A stretch of 63,131 nucleotides of DNA, counting the filler, from Reticulomyxa filosa (Eukaryota > Protista > Foraminifera): the NCBI GenBank assembly GCA_000512085.1. It is 17 parts of 17 records of this genome, joined end to end, with 100 filler letters (N's around TTAATTAATTAA, not from the genome) between each part and the next. Parts side by side here need not be neighbours in the genome. Positions count along the whole stretch, not along the records: positions 46,633 to 52,657 come from ASPP01019749.1; positions 52,758 to 54,760 come from ASPP01018750.1; positions 54,861 to 58,279 come from ASPP01003714.1; positions 58,380 to 59,506 come from ASPP01041109.1; positions 59,607 to 61,132 come from ASPP01025092.1; positions 61,233 to 63,131 come from ASPP01023100.1; 11 more parts are not named here. One strand, written 5' to 3'. The notes under the pieces were generated by a model. The model was not told the origin of the DNA, did not search any database, and saw only the letters and a list, made by a program, of their open reading frames with translations. The position numbers and the translations under genes are program-made. Positions 51,653 through 63,131 of this stretch are shown here, piece by piece (the first letter of the stretch is position 1; each line of letters opens with the position of its first letter).

Positions 51653-51792
51653 AATTACTGGAAAAAAAAAGGTCATTTAGACTTTTTGTTTCATTAAGAT
51701 TTGTAATTAAATATGAAAAGAAAATATCAGATTTATACATTCGATTTATAATTTTTAAAAAATTGTAGTTACGTTCTTTTTATATCTGTTTA

Positions 51793-52605
51793 CAGTAGAA
51801 TGCAAAAGAAAGTTAACCTAAACGCCACTTTATAGAGATAATTAATTTATTCTTCATAAAGAAACAATATCCAGATTTAATTTTTTAAATTTTAAAAAGT
51901 ATATACGAATATTGTAGTTTTTAAATATGGTTTTTTGTTAAATATTTACTAATTGTTTCAAAAATTTGAATTTTTATTCATTTTTGAAAATTTTTGAGAA
52001 AAAGCAAGTATCGTAACAATGAAATTTGTCAACTTTTGTTTAAGTATTCTCAAAAATATTCTACGACAAATATTTTGACCAATTTTTTCAAAAAATAACA
52101 AGATTTTGCAATGTAAACGATAACAAAAAATATTAAATAAACGCATCAAAAAAAAAAATAATCAATATAGAAAAAAACAAAAATAAATGACAACGAAGTA
52201 AATTTTAATGTAATAAAAATGAAATTGTTCAAATTTAATTTTTTTGACCTTTTGTTTTTTTTGTTATTGTGTTAATTTCTCTTGTTTTTGCATAATCTAT
52301 TATTAAAACATTTGTTAAAAGTAAATTAATCCAAGACTTTTTAAAAATTTTCTTTTTTCATAATAAATATTATTTTAGATATTTTATAGAATAAAAAGAA
52401 CATAAACAATAGCTTTATAAAGCTATTAATAAAAATAAAATGCACAAAAGCGGTCAAAAATAAAAATAGTAAAAATTTCAAAAGATCTTAAAAAAGCTCA
52501 AAATTTAAACAATTTTAAAAACGAAAATTCTTTGAAAAAATAATTTAAATTTTGAAACAATTAGTAAAAATTCAATAAAAAACCAAAGTCATATTTAAAA
52601 ACTAA
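51793..52605 (+). mobile_element. MITE-family copy with long imperfect TIRs; right end interrupted
   Basis: Left end TA|CAGTAG...CTAAACGCCACTTTATAGAGA. Segment 51915-51975 (TAGTTTTTAAATATG...TTTACTAATTGTTTCAAAA) is inverted at ~52545-52604. Confidence 0.65.
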
Positions 52606-52804
52606 CTATACTACAGTAGGTTGAAAAGAAAACTGAACGCATAAAACGATATCATATNNNNNNNNNNNNNNNNNNNNNNNNNNNNNNNNNNNNNNNNNNN
52701 NTTAATTAATTAANNNNNNNNNNNNNNNNNNNNNNNNNNNNNNNNNNNNNNNNNNNNACAAAGAGAGGGGGGAGGGGGGGAACGAAAAAAAAAAAAAAAG
52801 GTAG

Positions 52805-54048
52805 CCATGGAAAATTGGGGTCTTGTCACTTATCGCACGAGTGCTCTTCTCGTCAGCATGTACTCGTCCAGCTTGTCCAATCGCAAACGCGTAACCACCG
52901 TCGTCGCACATGAACTTGCGCATCAATGGTTTGGCGACATTGTGACTATGGAGTGGTGGGATGACTTGTGGCTGAATGAAGGCTTTGCCTCGTTCGTCGA
53001 AAACATCGGCACTGACTATGCCCATCCCGAATTCAAAATCTGGGAAACCTTTTTGGACTCGGAAAACAGCATGCTGTTCGTCGACTCGTCCTATTTCACA
53101 CATCCTGTCGAAGCCGTCATCACTGACCCTAAGTCCATTGACACTTTGTTTGATTCGATCACGTTACGTGTACGATACATCATATACATATATATGTATA
53201 CATACATATATATATATATATATTATATGATGTATATGTAATCTTGTTATGATAACAGGTATGACAAAGGCTCGTCTGTAATTCGAATGTGTTATGAATA
53301 TTTGGGACCGAATGTGTTCATGAGTGGCATCAATCAATACTTGACTCAATATGCGTATGGCAATGCCAATAATTCCGATTTATGGACTGTCTTAAGGTTT
53401 GCAAACATTGATATATCTTTTTTGTGAATAGGTAAAAAAAAAAAAACCCAAGTAAAGGAAGGGAAAAAAAAAAAAAAAAAATGATTAAATGAATATGCAA
53501 ATGAATAAATATAAATGAAATATCAATAGTAAGACAAGCGGCAACAATGTATCCACAATGATGGACAGCTGGATATTGCAGCCAGGATTCCCATTGCTTC
53601 GTGTGCACATGACAGGCAGGCTGAGTAACCAAACGGTCGAGTTTGAGTTGTCGCAGCAGCGCATGTTGATGAGTGACGAGCATCGCAACGATATGGACAT
53701 ACAGGCGCAACTGTGGTCGATCCCGGTTCTGGTGCAACATGCCGCTGGACAAACGCAGCCGATCATTATGACGACGGCGTCGCAGCAGCTGAATCTGGTG
53801 CAGCAGGTGAACAACGGAGTGGAATACTACATGTTCAACCCTAACATGAGTGGCGTGTATCACGTGTTTTACGACAACGCCACGTTGCAGTTGTTGCAAA
53901 ATAGCTTCACGTCGCTCACCGCCTTAAATCAATTCACCGTTTTGGCCGATCGTCTCGCCTTGATGCTTTCGGGATACATCTCCGCTGACTCGTATCTGCT
54001 ATTTTTATACGATGTTTTGCAGCGTGTCAATACTGGTACTTGACACAC

Positions 54049-54090
<42 letters not shown>

Positions 54091-54658
54091 TTATTACTAT
54101 TACATATATACGTACACATATATGCAATAGATTTGGCGATTAATAAAGTTAGTTATGTGTTTTGGCGTCATATTATTAGCGCATTGACCACAATCGATTC
54201 AATGTTTTGTGAGTATGGCAGTGCCACATTGTATTCGATTCAAACGGATCTTTGGATGGCCAATGCGAATAATAATGACGGCAGTTCGTCACAAAGCTTT
54301 GTTAATGCGGATCATTCGACGCTGCAAAACTTTCGCTCTTTTTCTCGCGACTTGCTTGCTCCGGTATGGGAACTCGTTAACAAATGGTCCAGTAGCACGA
54401 GTGACACCGACGATATCACCTCCTTGCGTCCGTACCTCGCCAGTGCCTTGATTCTGTTTAATGACACGCAGGTCATCGCAGAAGGGTACTCCATCTTCGT
54501 CTCCAATGACCTGACGGCGATCGATCCGAATTTAATTGTGCCCGTTCTTGAAGCCGCGCTAACCTACACCAGCGCTACAGAAACCACTTTGCAATGGATC
54601 TTCACCCATTTTTCTAACCTGAACAGTGAAAACCAATTAAATGCTTTGCGGGCTTTGG
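52805..54658 (+). CDS. M1-family zinc aminopeptidase (aminopeptidase N/ERAP-like), internal fragment, 4 exons
   Basis: AMENWGLVTYR, HELAHQWFG (HExxH), WWDDLWLNEGFA, FDSIT-YDKG and MDSWILQPGFP. Confidence 0.95.
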
Positions 54659-54866
54659 GTGCGTTTTGTATTATAAGTCTATTCTTCTTTTTTTTTTTTT
54701 TTTTTATTTTTTTTTATATAAAACATAAGATGGGGAATAATAAAACTTAAAAAAAAAAAANNNNNNNNNNNNNNNNNNNNNNNNNNNNNNNNNNNNNNNN
54801 NNNNTTAATTAATTAANNNNNNNNNNNNNNNNNNNNNNNNNNNNNNNNNNNNNNNNNNNNATATAT

Positions 54867-54906
<40 letters not shown>

Positions 54907-54954
54907 ATATATTGTATAATTTGAATGTATGCAAGTACCAAAAAAAAAAAAAAA

Positions 54955-56361
54955 GTATTGAGGTGGTCGTTTGTGTGTATATATAAAAGTGGTAGTGATA
55001 GCAAGACAGAGAAATATAAGACAATGGAGGATGCATTGCATGCGATGAATGCTCGAGATAAAGCGACAAGAGACAAAGGGTACAGTTATTCAGACGAGAT
55101 GAAAACGAATGACCACGTTGCCATTGGTCCACGTTTGCGCAAGACAAGACATGACAATGTGTCGATGATGACAACTTGTACGTATGTCCCCCAAACAGAC
55201 GCTGGTCTATCACAGACACAATACTTTAATGCGACGTCGCCGACGCACTCGCAGATGGGTCAATATGTCGGTTGTTGGATGGGAGAAACTCGTTTGCCAT
55301 TGTCCCTTCCGGCTGATGCTCCGATGCTTTTTTGTCCGACCTTGCCACAGACGTCGCATTCAAACGTACATGCTCTTCCAACGTGGCTGTCTTTGTCATC
55401 ATCGCTCCATGGACATTTCCATCCCCCTGTGCAAGTACCTACGTCAATGTCGATGCCGGGTTTTGTTCCCGCTTCCATGTTAGCTCCAGCTCCGATGCAG
55501 CTCGGGATGCCACTGAACATTGACATGAACGTCGACGTACATACAAAGACACAGATAAATACAACTCTCACTGGCAATTGGGCTCTAACGTCATCGACCT
55601 ACGATATGTCCACCTCTCAAAGCTCGCTTTCAAATGTCGCAAAGGCGATCCTGTTGTCAATACAAAGTGAACATGGCAATATCAATAATAATAATAATAA
55701 TAATAATACGAATGACAATAACAGTAGCAATGTGATAAACTCTGATCAGATATCCACTTCGTCACTGTCATCCTGCATGCCATCTTTTGCGGTTTTAAAT
55801 GCGATTGTCACGAATCCATTTCAAACCTTGCCAAATGCTGTGATCGAGGGAGAGCCTGTGTCGTCACTCCCAAGTGGCCCATATCACTCTTTCTCCACCG
55901 ATTCCACTGTTTCTTCCTTTAGTGGTTTCAAGGTATGCTTTTCCTCTTGCACAGTCCATCCACTACGAGATTGATTTAATTACTATATATATATATATAT
56001 ACATATATACATATATATATGTATATGTTGAATCTGAATGCAAAAAAAAATGCAATAGATGACAAGTAACGATGTCTTCGACATCGCCTCTGAATCGAAA
56101 TCGTCAATGGGACACATTTCGAATTTCAATCCGAACACGAGTAGTGGGAACACTTTGGTACTATCTCCAAAGTGGACTATAGAACAACGTAAGATGGGTG
56201 ACATCATTCTAGCCGATTTGAAAACAGAGTTCCCAAATCACGCCTCGAAACTCACTGGAATGTTGCTGTGTTTGCCAAAGGAAAAACTTGATCCTTTGGT
56301 GGCCAACAAAAGTAAATTAAAAGCGATTGCTCGTAAATTCATGGAGTTGCTCGATAATTAA
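54955..56361 (+). CDS. RRM-fragment, low-complexity linker and MLLE (PABC) domain protein; 5' partial
   Basis: WSFV...YKTMEDALHAMNA (RRM RNP1/helix 2-like). The C-terminus QRKMGDII...ASKLTGMLLCL...LVANKSKLKA..FMELL matches MLLE. Confidence 0.7.
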
Positions 56362-59300
56362 ATTATTTTTTTTTTTTTTCTTTGTTTAGTTATGAATTAA
56401 AAAAAATTAATGAACTACCGTTAACGGGGAGGATCAGTTGTATTATATTTATTTTTATATATCATGAGCCACTCTTACGATAAAGGACGCTTTTTTTTTT
56501 TTCTTTGCTGTTGTTTTGTTTCCCTCCTCTTTTTCAGTAATTATTGTGTTGTTGTGATTCTCACAGCCTTTTTTTTGTTTAGTTTGCGAATGCAAAGTAT
56601 CGTTGTGTCTATGTTTGTAAGTTTGAAAGTTGGACTTCATTACACACGACCAAACAGATATATCTGCTCGTTTGTGAGTTACTACTTTTATCTTCTGTTG
56701 ATTGGACTTGTGTTTTTTTCTTCATTATTTGAGCTTATCTTGTCTTCGACGATGGAAATACAATTTTTGCAAAAAATATACTTTTTGTTTAGAGAAAAAC
56801 ACTTTTTTCTAATCGATACTTTTCAACTTGATGTTTCTACACTCGCTGGAATCAAGTATAATGCTTTTTTCTAGTATTTTTACAATATATACGTATAATT
56901 AAAAACGTCAATTGGAAAAAGCAAAAATTTTGCTTTTCTTTATCACATGAATTATTGAACAAATGTCATGTTAATGTATATTGCATGAAAAAATATGTTT
57001 TCTGTCAAATAAATAAATGAAAAAATGGCACAATTTGTTTGTTGCAATTTAATAAGATATTTGCTTGAAAAAAAATCCTTGCTCATCTTCTCAAGCAAAG
57101 CTTCAAAAGCTGGTTGCTTGATAAAAGTGGGACAGTGTATCGACGAACATCCAGCATAATAATGTTAGATTTTTTGGATTTACTAACAAGTTTCAAACAG
57201 CCGACTAGTTGAAAAGAATACACCACATTACAAGAAAGCAAGAATTCGATTGAAAAAAAAATTTCATACATGCTTTGATGCATAGAGCATCTGCATCTAC
57301 TCCTTTCTAGGCATTGACCATACTTTACTTGCACTGGTCCAATGAAAACTCTCAACATGCTATATCCTAATTGACACTTACACTTAAAACAAAATAAACT
57401 CAATTGGAACATGAAAGCATCGTGGGAAGTATTATTTGTGATATTATTTTCATTCAATAAAATATGCAAAGTAAGTTTAGATATAATCAATGTATCTTTT
57501 CCACATTGAATGATTGTATCAATAACTTTTTAAATATTATTTTAATTCTTTTTAGTTAATATAAAAGTAATATAAAAAATTTTGAAAATAAATTAAAGAT
57601 TTACAATCATTATATCATAAAAATGAATAAAGAAGAAACAAATACAAACAAAACAAACAGTTTTAATAATGACAATTTTAAGTTAAAAAATTAATTTTTT
57701 AATAGTTAATCAAGAAAAAAAAATCAAATCAAGACATATTTAAATGAAATGGCTCCAGATTGCATCATTCAAATTGTTGTCCGTATGGCGGGATAATCTT
57801 AGTTCAAAGTTTAAGTATCGTATCGTTGTTTGTGCTATCAATTTTGATAATTATAACAAATCTGGAATTATTTGCATTACTGTGTTGGCGATATTTTTTG
57901 GTTTAATCATGTTAGTGGTCCACTAACAAGTTAATTATATATTTTTTATGTAGATATTTTGTTACTGTTTTTTTTTATGAAGGACAGTTTTTGTTCATGA
58001 ACAGCGAATTGTCAATTCAAACTCTTCCAACTATGCAAACTCTTCAAATTATTACAATTGTTCAAACTCTAACAACATCACTAATAACTACTTTTAGATT
58101 TCAAAAAGTTTTCAAGATTTATGAACTGGATGCGAACTCAATCAATTACAAGACTCCATAAGAATTTATGATTTATTTTTCAAGAGTTTTTTTCATTTTG
58201 TTTTTCAACTACATTCAACATGATTCATAAGATTACACAAACTGATTTTTATCAACATAGGTAAAATATACTTTTTTGTNNNNNNNNNNNNNNNNNNNNN
58301 NNNNNNNNNNNNNNNNNNNNNNNTTAATTAATTAANNNNNNNNNNNNNNNNNNNNNNNNNNNNNNNNNNNNNNNNNNNNCATTGCTCTATCCAGATACTT
58401 TGGTTTGGTGTGAGTGGAAGAGATATAAGATTGCTGCATCGTTGATTAAAAAAAGAAAGAATGTCGTGGTGGTCGATAGTTTGGTGGGAAATTCAAAAGC
58501 TCTCAATCATTTGGGGGAAGGGGAGGAAACGAGCAAATAATTGTTTCAAGATGTCGGGTGTGCTATGTCCTGCTGTGTGGGGATGTAGAAAACAGCTCAA
58601 GAAATTGATTGTGTTATTCCCCTTTTTTCTCTCTCATTCCCATCTCTATTTCTCTCTCTCGAAGGTGCAGTCGCTGGTCACGAGTCGCTTGATTACTAAA
58701 AACCAAATCGTATTGGCAAGGCTGCCACTCAAGAAATGGAATACAAGGAGGACAAGCATTTCAATATCAATAACTCACCAAGTTCGCTCAATTGTCCAAA
58801 ATAATTGAACACTTGATGAGGGCATTGTCATTTGAAGTCGAGGCGCACACACAGTAAGAACATATTTTATGGCATCACAAGACTCGATGTTATTCAATTG
58901 ATCATTTATTTGCGCCTGTCCCCTTTCATGTACATGACGCTGGCATCGTAAATTGTGCTTGGGTCCATTCTCGAAAAAGTATAATTATTTTATATGTGTA
59001 CGTACATATGTATATGTATATAACATATTCAATAACTAATAGCAAACATAAACAAACATCTTTATACTTATATATGTTTGTGTTACTTGAAATTTGTAAA
59101 TAGATATTCAAAAGTGCACAAATTGAAATTGAGATGCCAACATTCAGATGGACACGTCGTCGTTGTCTTGATTGCCATTGATGCTACAGTGAATTCCCAG
59201 TGGCAATAGCAACAGTGACAGCAGCGACAACATCAGCAAGCATTATCGATTGTTGCAGTATATGAAAAGTAAAAAGTGTGGCAACATCAAATCAAATTGT

Positions 59301-59607
59301 TGCTGATGAGCATTCAATATTCAATCATGGAACCACACTACCAAAGAACGTGTGCCTGCATTTCTTCAATGGAAAATATTGTTCAATAATGAACAAATCA
59401 ATATTTGAATGAAGGCTCATCAATTATGGATCGTACATTGCGCTTTGAATGGCGTATCTTATAAAAAAAAAAAGGTCCATAAACGTGGCTCATGACTGAT
59501 TGCAAGNNNNNNNNNNNNNNNNNNNNNNNNNNNNNNNNNNNNNNNNNNNNTTAATTAATTAANNNNNNNNNNNNNNNNNNNNNNNNNNNNNNNNNNNNNN
59601 NNNNNNT

Positions 59608-59817
59608 ACTTCCACTGCTACTTCCACCGCTACTTTTCCTCCTCCACGCCAACCCAAATACCGCAAACGAGAAAAACATTCTTCTCAACCTCCTTCCGCT
59701 GCTTCTTCTTCTCGTAATAAGATTACTCAAGAAGATTTGTGGGAGAAAGCTCCTCTTCCCAATCTTCATCCACGCTTCCCTGATGTCTTCCGTTTGCACA
59801 ACAACCAAGAAGAGTGA
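59608..59817 (+). CDS. 3' end of a hypothetical protein
   Basis: Open frame from the contig start: TSTATSTATFPPPRQPKYRK...PDVFRLHNNQEE*. Confidence 0.5.
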   Translation, partial: TSTATSTATFPPPRQPKYRKREKHSSQPPSAASSSRNKITQEDLWEKAPLPNLHPRFPDVFRLHNNQEE

Positions 59818-60669
59818 TATTTGTCCACTTACTTATATCTCGTTCTCATATTATTACACTTTTATTGTTATCGCCAGTTCGTGATTTATATTTTGTGTGT
59901 TATTGTTGTGCCTTAATGCTGATAGCATTCACATTTCATTGTTTTATTTTGCAACTTGTTTTTTTCTCCAGATGGAGAAAAATGATTTGAAGAATTTTTT
60001 GTGAGCTTTTAATCGTCATTTGTTGAAATGGCTTGACAAGTTTGAAGTGAAATAAATTGAATTATTGAAAATTAATTGATGAAATAAAGGAAAAAAAAAA
60101 TCTGATCTAATCAAAACTAGGTGTCTTCCCAGGCCTCCCACCCGCGACCCCAGCGGTCGGTAATCAACCAGATTTTCTCGTACTGCCGTGAGGCAGTACA
60201 AAACATGAGTAATACCTTGCCAGTATACCTGAAATAATTTTTCATGCATCAAACTTATTTTTTCAATTGTTCAATTTTTTTCAAAAGGGTCTTACTTAAA
60301 TTTGGTTTTTAAAAAAAAAAAGTTAAAACATAAATGATTGAAGATCTGTTGCTGTGAAAAATACAAAGATAGTGTGAAAAACTGATAGTATGGTTTGGGT
60401 TTTGTTATTTCCCTCTTAATAACAATCCAAAGTGAATTTATTGAAGCAGTACAAGAAGTATTGGACAGTTTAAGTCATTTGTTTGAAAAATATATAAAGT
60501 ATTTATCAGTAGCGGAGACAATATGTGGACCAGAACGAGTAATTCAATTCATGTTTGTAAAATATATACATATACATAAATATGTAAATATAAAAAGATT
60601 ACAATTGCAAGTGAATCGTAGTTTCCTAGTACAATTTAACAATCAATAAATTTAATTATTATAAAATTT

Positions 60670-61075
60670 TAGTATTTGAATAAATATTTAAGAATGGTAT
60701 GTGCACATATTTAATTTAATAAAATTACTTTGTTGTCTTTTGGTGGATATTGCAAACATATATTATTTATGAAATATGTAAGTGTTTGTGATAATTTAAG
60801 CAAAGCAAACTATTACAATGAATGGATCCCTTTCAAATAAAATAATAATCTTATAATTATTATTAAAAGATATTATGATAATTATTATGAATGCTTGCAG
60901 TAATTGGTGGAATCAATAATAATTTGTTATTTATTACTTGTTATACATGTCATATTAGTGTATTTGACTTAAATAAATATTAATTTATAAAAAAGTATAA
61001 TTTACCAATTACAATTAATGAGTCAATATTTGACCATTTTTTTATAAAGACATCATACTAAGAAAATGCTCAAAT
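60670..61075 (+). pseudogene. Decayed kelch-like family copy (paralog of 28299)
   Basis: ITLLSFGG..KH..MKYVSV, YYNEWIPF and AVIGGINNNLLFIT with stops and frameshifts. Confidence 0.75.
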
Positions 61076-61232
61076 GTTATTACAGTATGTTGCAAAGAAA
61101 ACTGAACGCATAAAACATATCTTATGATGATANNNNNNNNNNNNNNNNNNNNNNNNNNNNNNNNNNNNNNNNNNNNTTAATTAATTAANNNNNNNNNNNN
61201 NNNNNNNNNNNNNNNNNNNNNNNNNNNNNNNN

Positions 61233-61758
61233 GTCAAGCTTGGTTTAGCCAAAACTTATGTCGACATTGCTACAAGTAAATACAATCAAGCGGCGCAAGA
61301 ACACTCCAAACTTTTGCAATGCCTACAAACTTGCACGCAACAACGTCAACAACTATTGGTAAGATATATTTTATTTGTATTTCTTGTTTATACAATGGAG
61401 TGCATATATGTTTGTATTTTTGCTTATTTTTGAAGTGCAAATCTTTGTACGTATAAATACATTAAAGAGACAAATTGGGGGAGTCATCACTCTTGCTCCT
61501 GGTCAAAAAGCAACTTACAACGTTGCCAAAGATTTCAATTATTACGTCTCTCTTGGAGAAGGAAGCGCAATTACTTTCAAGTCACAAACAGGAAATGCTA
61601 TTAATGTTAATAAAAACATTTGGGGAAATGGCTCCATCAATATTAACTGTAGTGTTAATTTAAATGCCTCAATTGGAGTTCCCCCTCCGCAAAATGAACT
61701 AAAAGATTTGCCCATCATCAAGCGCGCTGAAAAAGAGTTTGAAGAAAAGATAAATTAA
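61233..61758 (+). CDS. 3' part of a hypothetical protein, 2 exons
   Basis: VKLGLAKTYVDI...RQQLL, a GTAAGA donor, then the exon RQIGGVITLAPGQ...EEKIN*. Confidence 0.55.
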
Positions 61759-61896
61759 GACAATTTTAAAAAATAAATATCTTAGTAAACTGCTAATGTT
61801 TCCTTTTTTTTTTGGAGATGGGTCGAATAGATGTTAAAAATTTCCTTAAATACAAAATTTATTTTCTTTGTTGTAAGTACCAGTCTGATAATTGTA

Positions 61897-62648
61897 CATT
61901 ATTTTGCAAAAAAACTAGCATACTTAAATGGTACCTCTATGAAGAATCGATTTTCTCCATGAAAAATAAACATTTAAACCTAATTTTTTAAAAAAAATCT
62001 ACAAATCTTGTAGTTTTTAAATATAAATTTTTATTTGTTGATTAGTTTTTTTTTGTTGTTAATAAATTAAAAAGACTACGCTAATAAAAAAATATCATGA
62101 TTTGAATTTGCTTTGGTTCAAAAGGTGTTAGGATGTCCGCAAGGTAAATAATGAAATCGGTATGAAATTGATAAAAATTATTAAAAAATGACAATCTGAA
62201 TATTATGTTTTATTGTTTAAATTATAAATATAACAGGTGACTCCAGCGTGCCAATTCTATCACAAAACTCAAAAAAATATAAAAAGCAAAAAAACTTATA
62301 TCAAATAAAACTTCAAAGGTAAAATTTTATTTCATAAAAAATTTCAAATAATTCAATTTTTAATTGTTGACTTTTTTAAAACTACGAAAGATACAATGCT
62401 AATTTTTAAAAAAGTATTTATATGGCTTGAAATTTTTATTTCTTTTTTAGGAATCTTTATCTTGGTAATACACGCTCGATTTATGTGCGTTACTGCAAAA
62501 TTTTCAAAAATCATATGAAAAACATTGATTTAACCGACCTACAAGATTGCAGATTTTTAAAAATTAGTGTCAAATGTTTAGTTTTCATGAAGAAAATCGA
62601 TTCTCTTCATAGAGGTGCCACTTAGTTATTGCAGTTTTTTTTGTAATG
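61897..62648. mobile_element. Complete ~750-bp non-coding MITE with ~120-bp imperfect TIRs and TA flanks
   Basis: Left end TA|CATTA...AAAAAAACT...AATGGTACCTCTATGAAGAATCGATTTTCTCCATGAAAA...AATCTTGTAG. Its reverse complement lies at 62540-62648, ending TAATG|TA. Confidence 0.8.
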
Positions 62649-63131
62649 TACTATACTTGATGGTTTTACTCATTTTTTTGAGTTTTTATATGTTAAACTG
62701 TAAAATTTTAAACTAAAGAAGTAAATAACATTGAATTTTACAGTTGAAAATCATAATAACAAAATTAGGTTTGATATTTTTCAAATAGCCTGGCAAACTT
62801 TACAAAAAAAAAGTACGAAAAAAAGACAAAGTATTAATATATCAAAAAAGGCATTAGCACAATGCAAGCTGGAATGTTAGCAATAACAAAGAAAGCAAAA
62901 ATTTTTTAATTCAAGAATATTAAAAAAACCGCATAAACAATTGCATCATCTTTAACAAAAGACATTTATAGCAAGGCCCTAACAGTGTAAAGGAAGTTCC
63001 TGCTAACCTAGAAAATCCATTTTTTACAACAACTTACTTACATTTTCTTCCAGTTTCTCTTGTTCTCTTGTTGTTGTTATTGTCATTGTTGTTTTATATT
63101 CTTCTTTTATTTAAACCAGTTTCGTTTTTTG

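Noticed and set aside
60121-60160. 5S rRNA-like GGGAG..CCTGGGAA on the minus strand
   Set aside because: The similarity is too short and the rest of 5S is absent.

Overview
AT-rich, intron-rich eukaryotic DNA. This is not one locus: it is 17 contig pieces joined by 16 artificial 100-nt spacers (N44-TTAATTAATTAA-N44), so adjacency across a spacer means nothing. Composition, short homopolymer-rich introns, an expanded kelch-like family, many decayed pseudogenes and a leftover 454 paired-end adaptor suggest a protist draft genome resembling the foraminiferan Reticulomyxa filosa (inference, not verified). Recognisable genes: a GT-A-fold glycosyltransferase-like protein, WIPI/Atg18, an FABP-like protein, a large coiled-coil protein, NTF2, a GT60 GlcNAc-transferase, a 7TM-like protein, an RS-rich protein, a secreted PI-PLC-X protein with an ShKT-like module, a 7TM-TKL kinase fusion, an RNF213-like AAA+ fragment, a catalytically degenerate PGM3-like protein, an M1 aminopeptidase and an RRM/MLLE protein. 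Decayed sequences include a formin, a SET-like domain, kelch-like copies and a LINE endonuclease. There is also a TA-flanked MITE family. Best leads: unusual intron grammar (A-tract acceptors, frequent GTT donors), the 7TM kinase with a ~190-aa activation-segment insert, the PGM3 pseudoenzyme, the PLC-X/ShKT architecture, the non-animal FABP and a GC-rich hairpin island near 60.1 kb. I found no convincing multi-gene novel system, no rRNA, no intact tRNA and no CRISPR array. All family calls come from motif recognition by eye; no searches were run.
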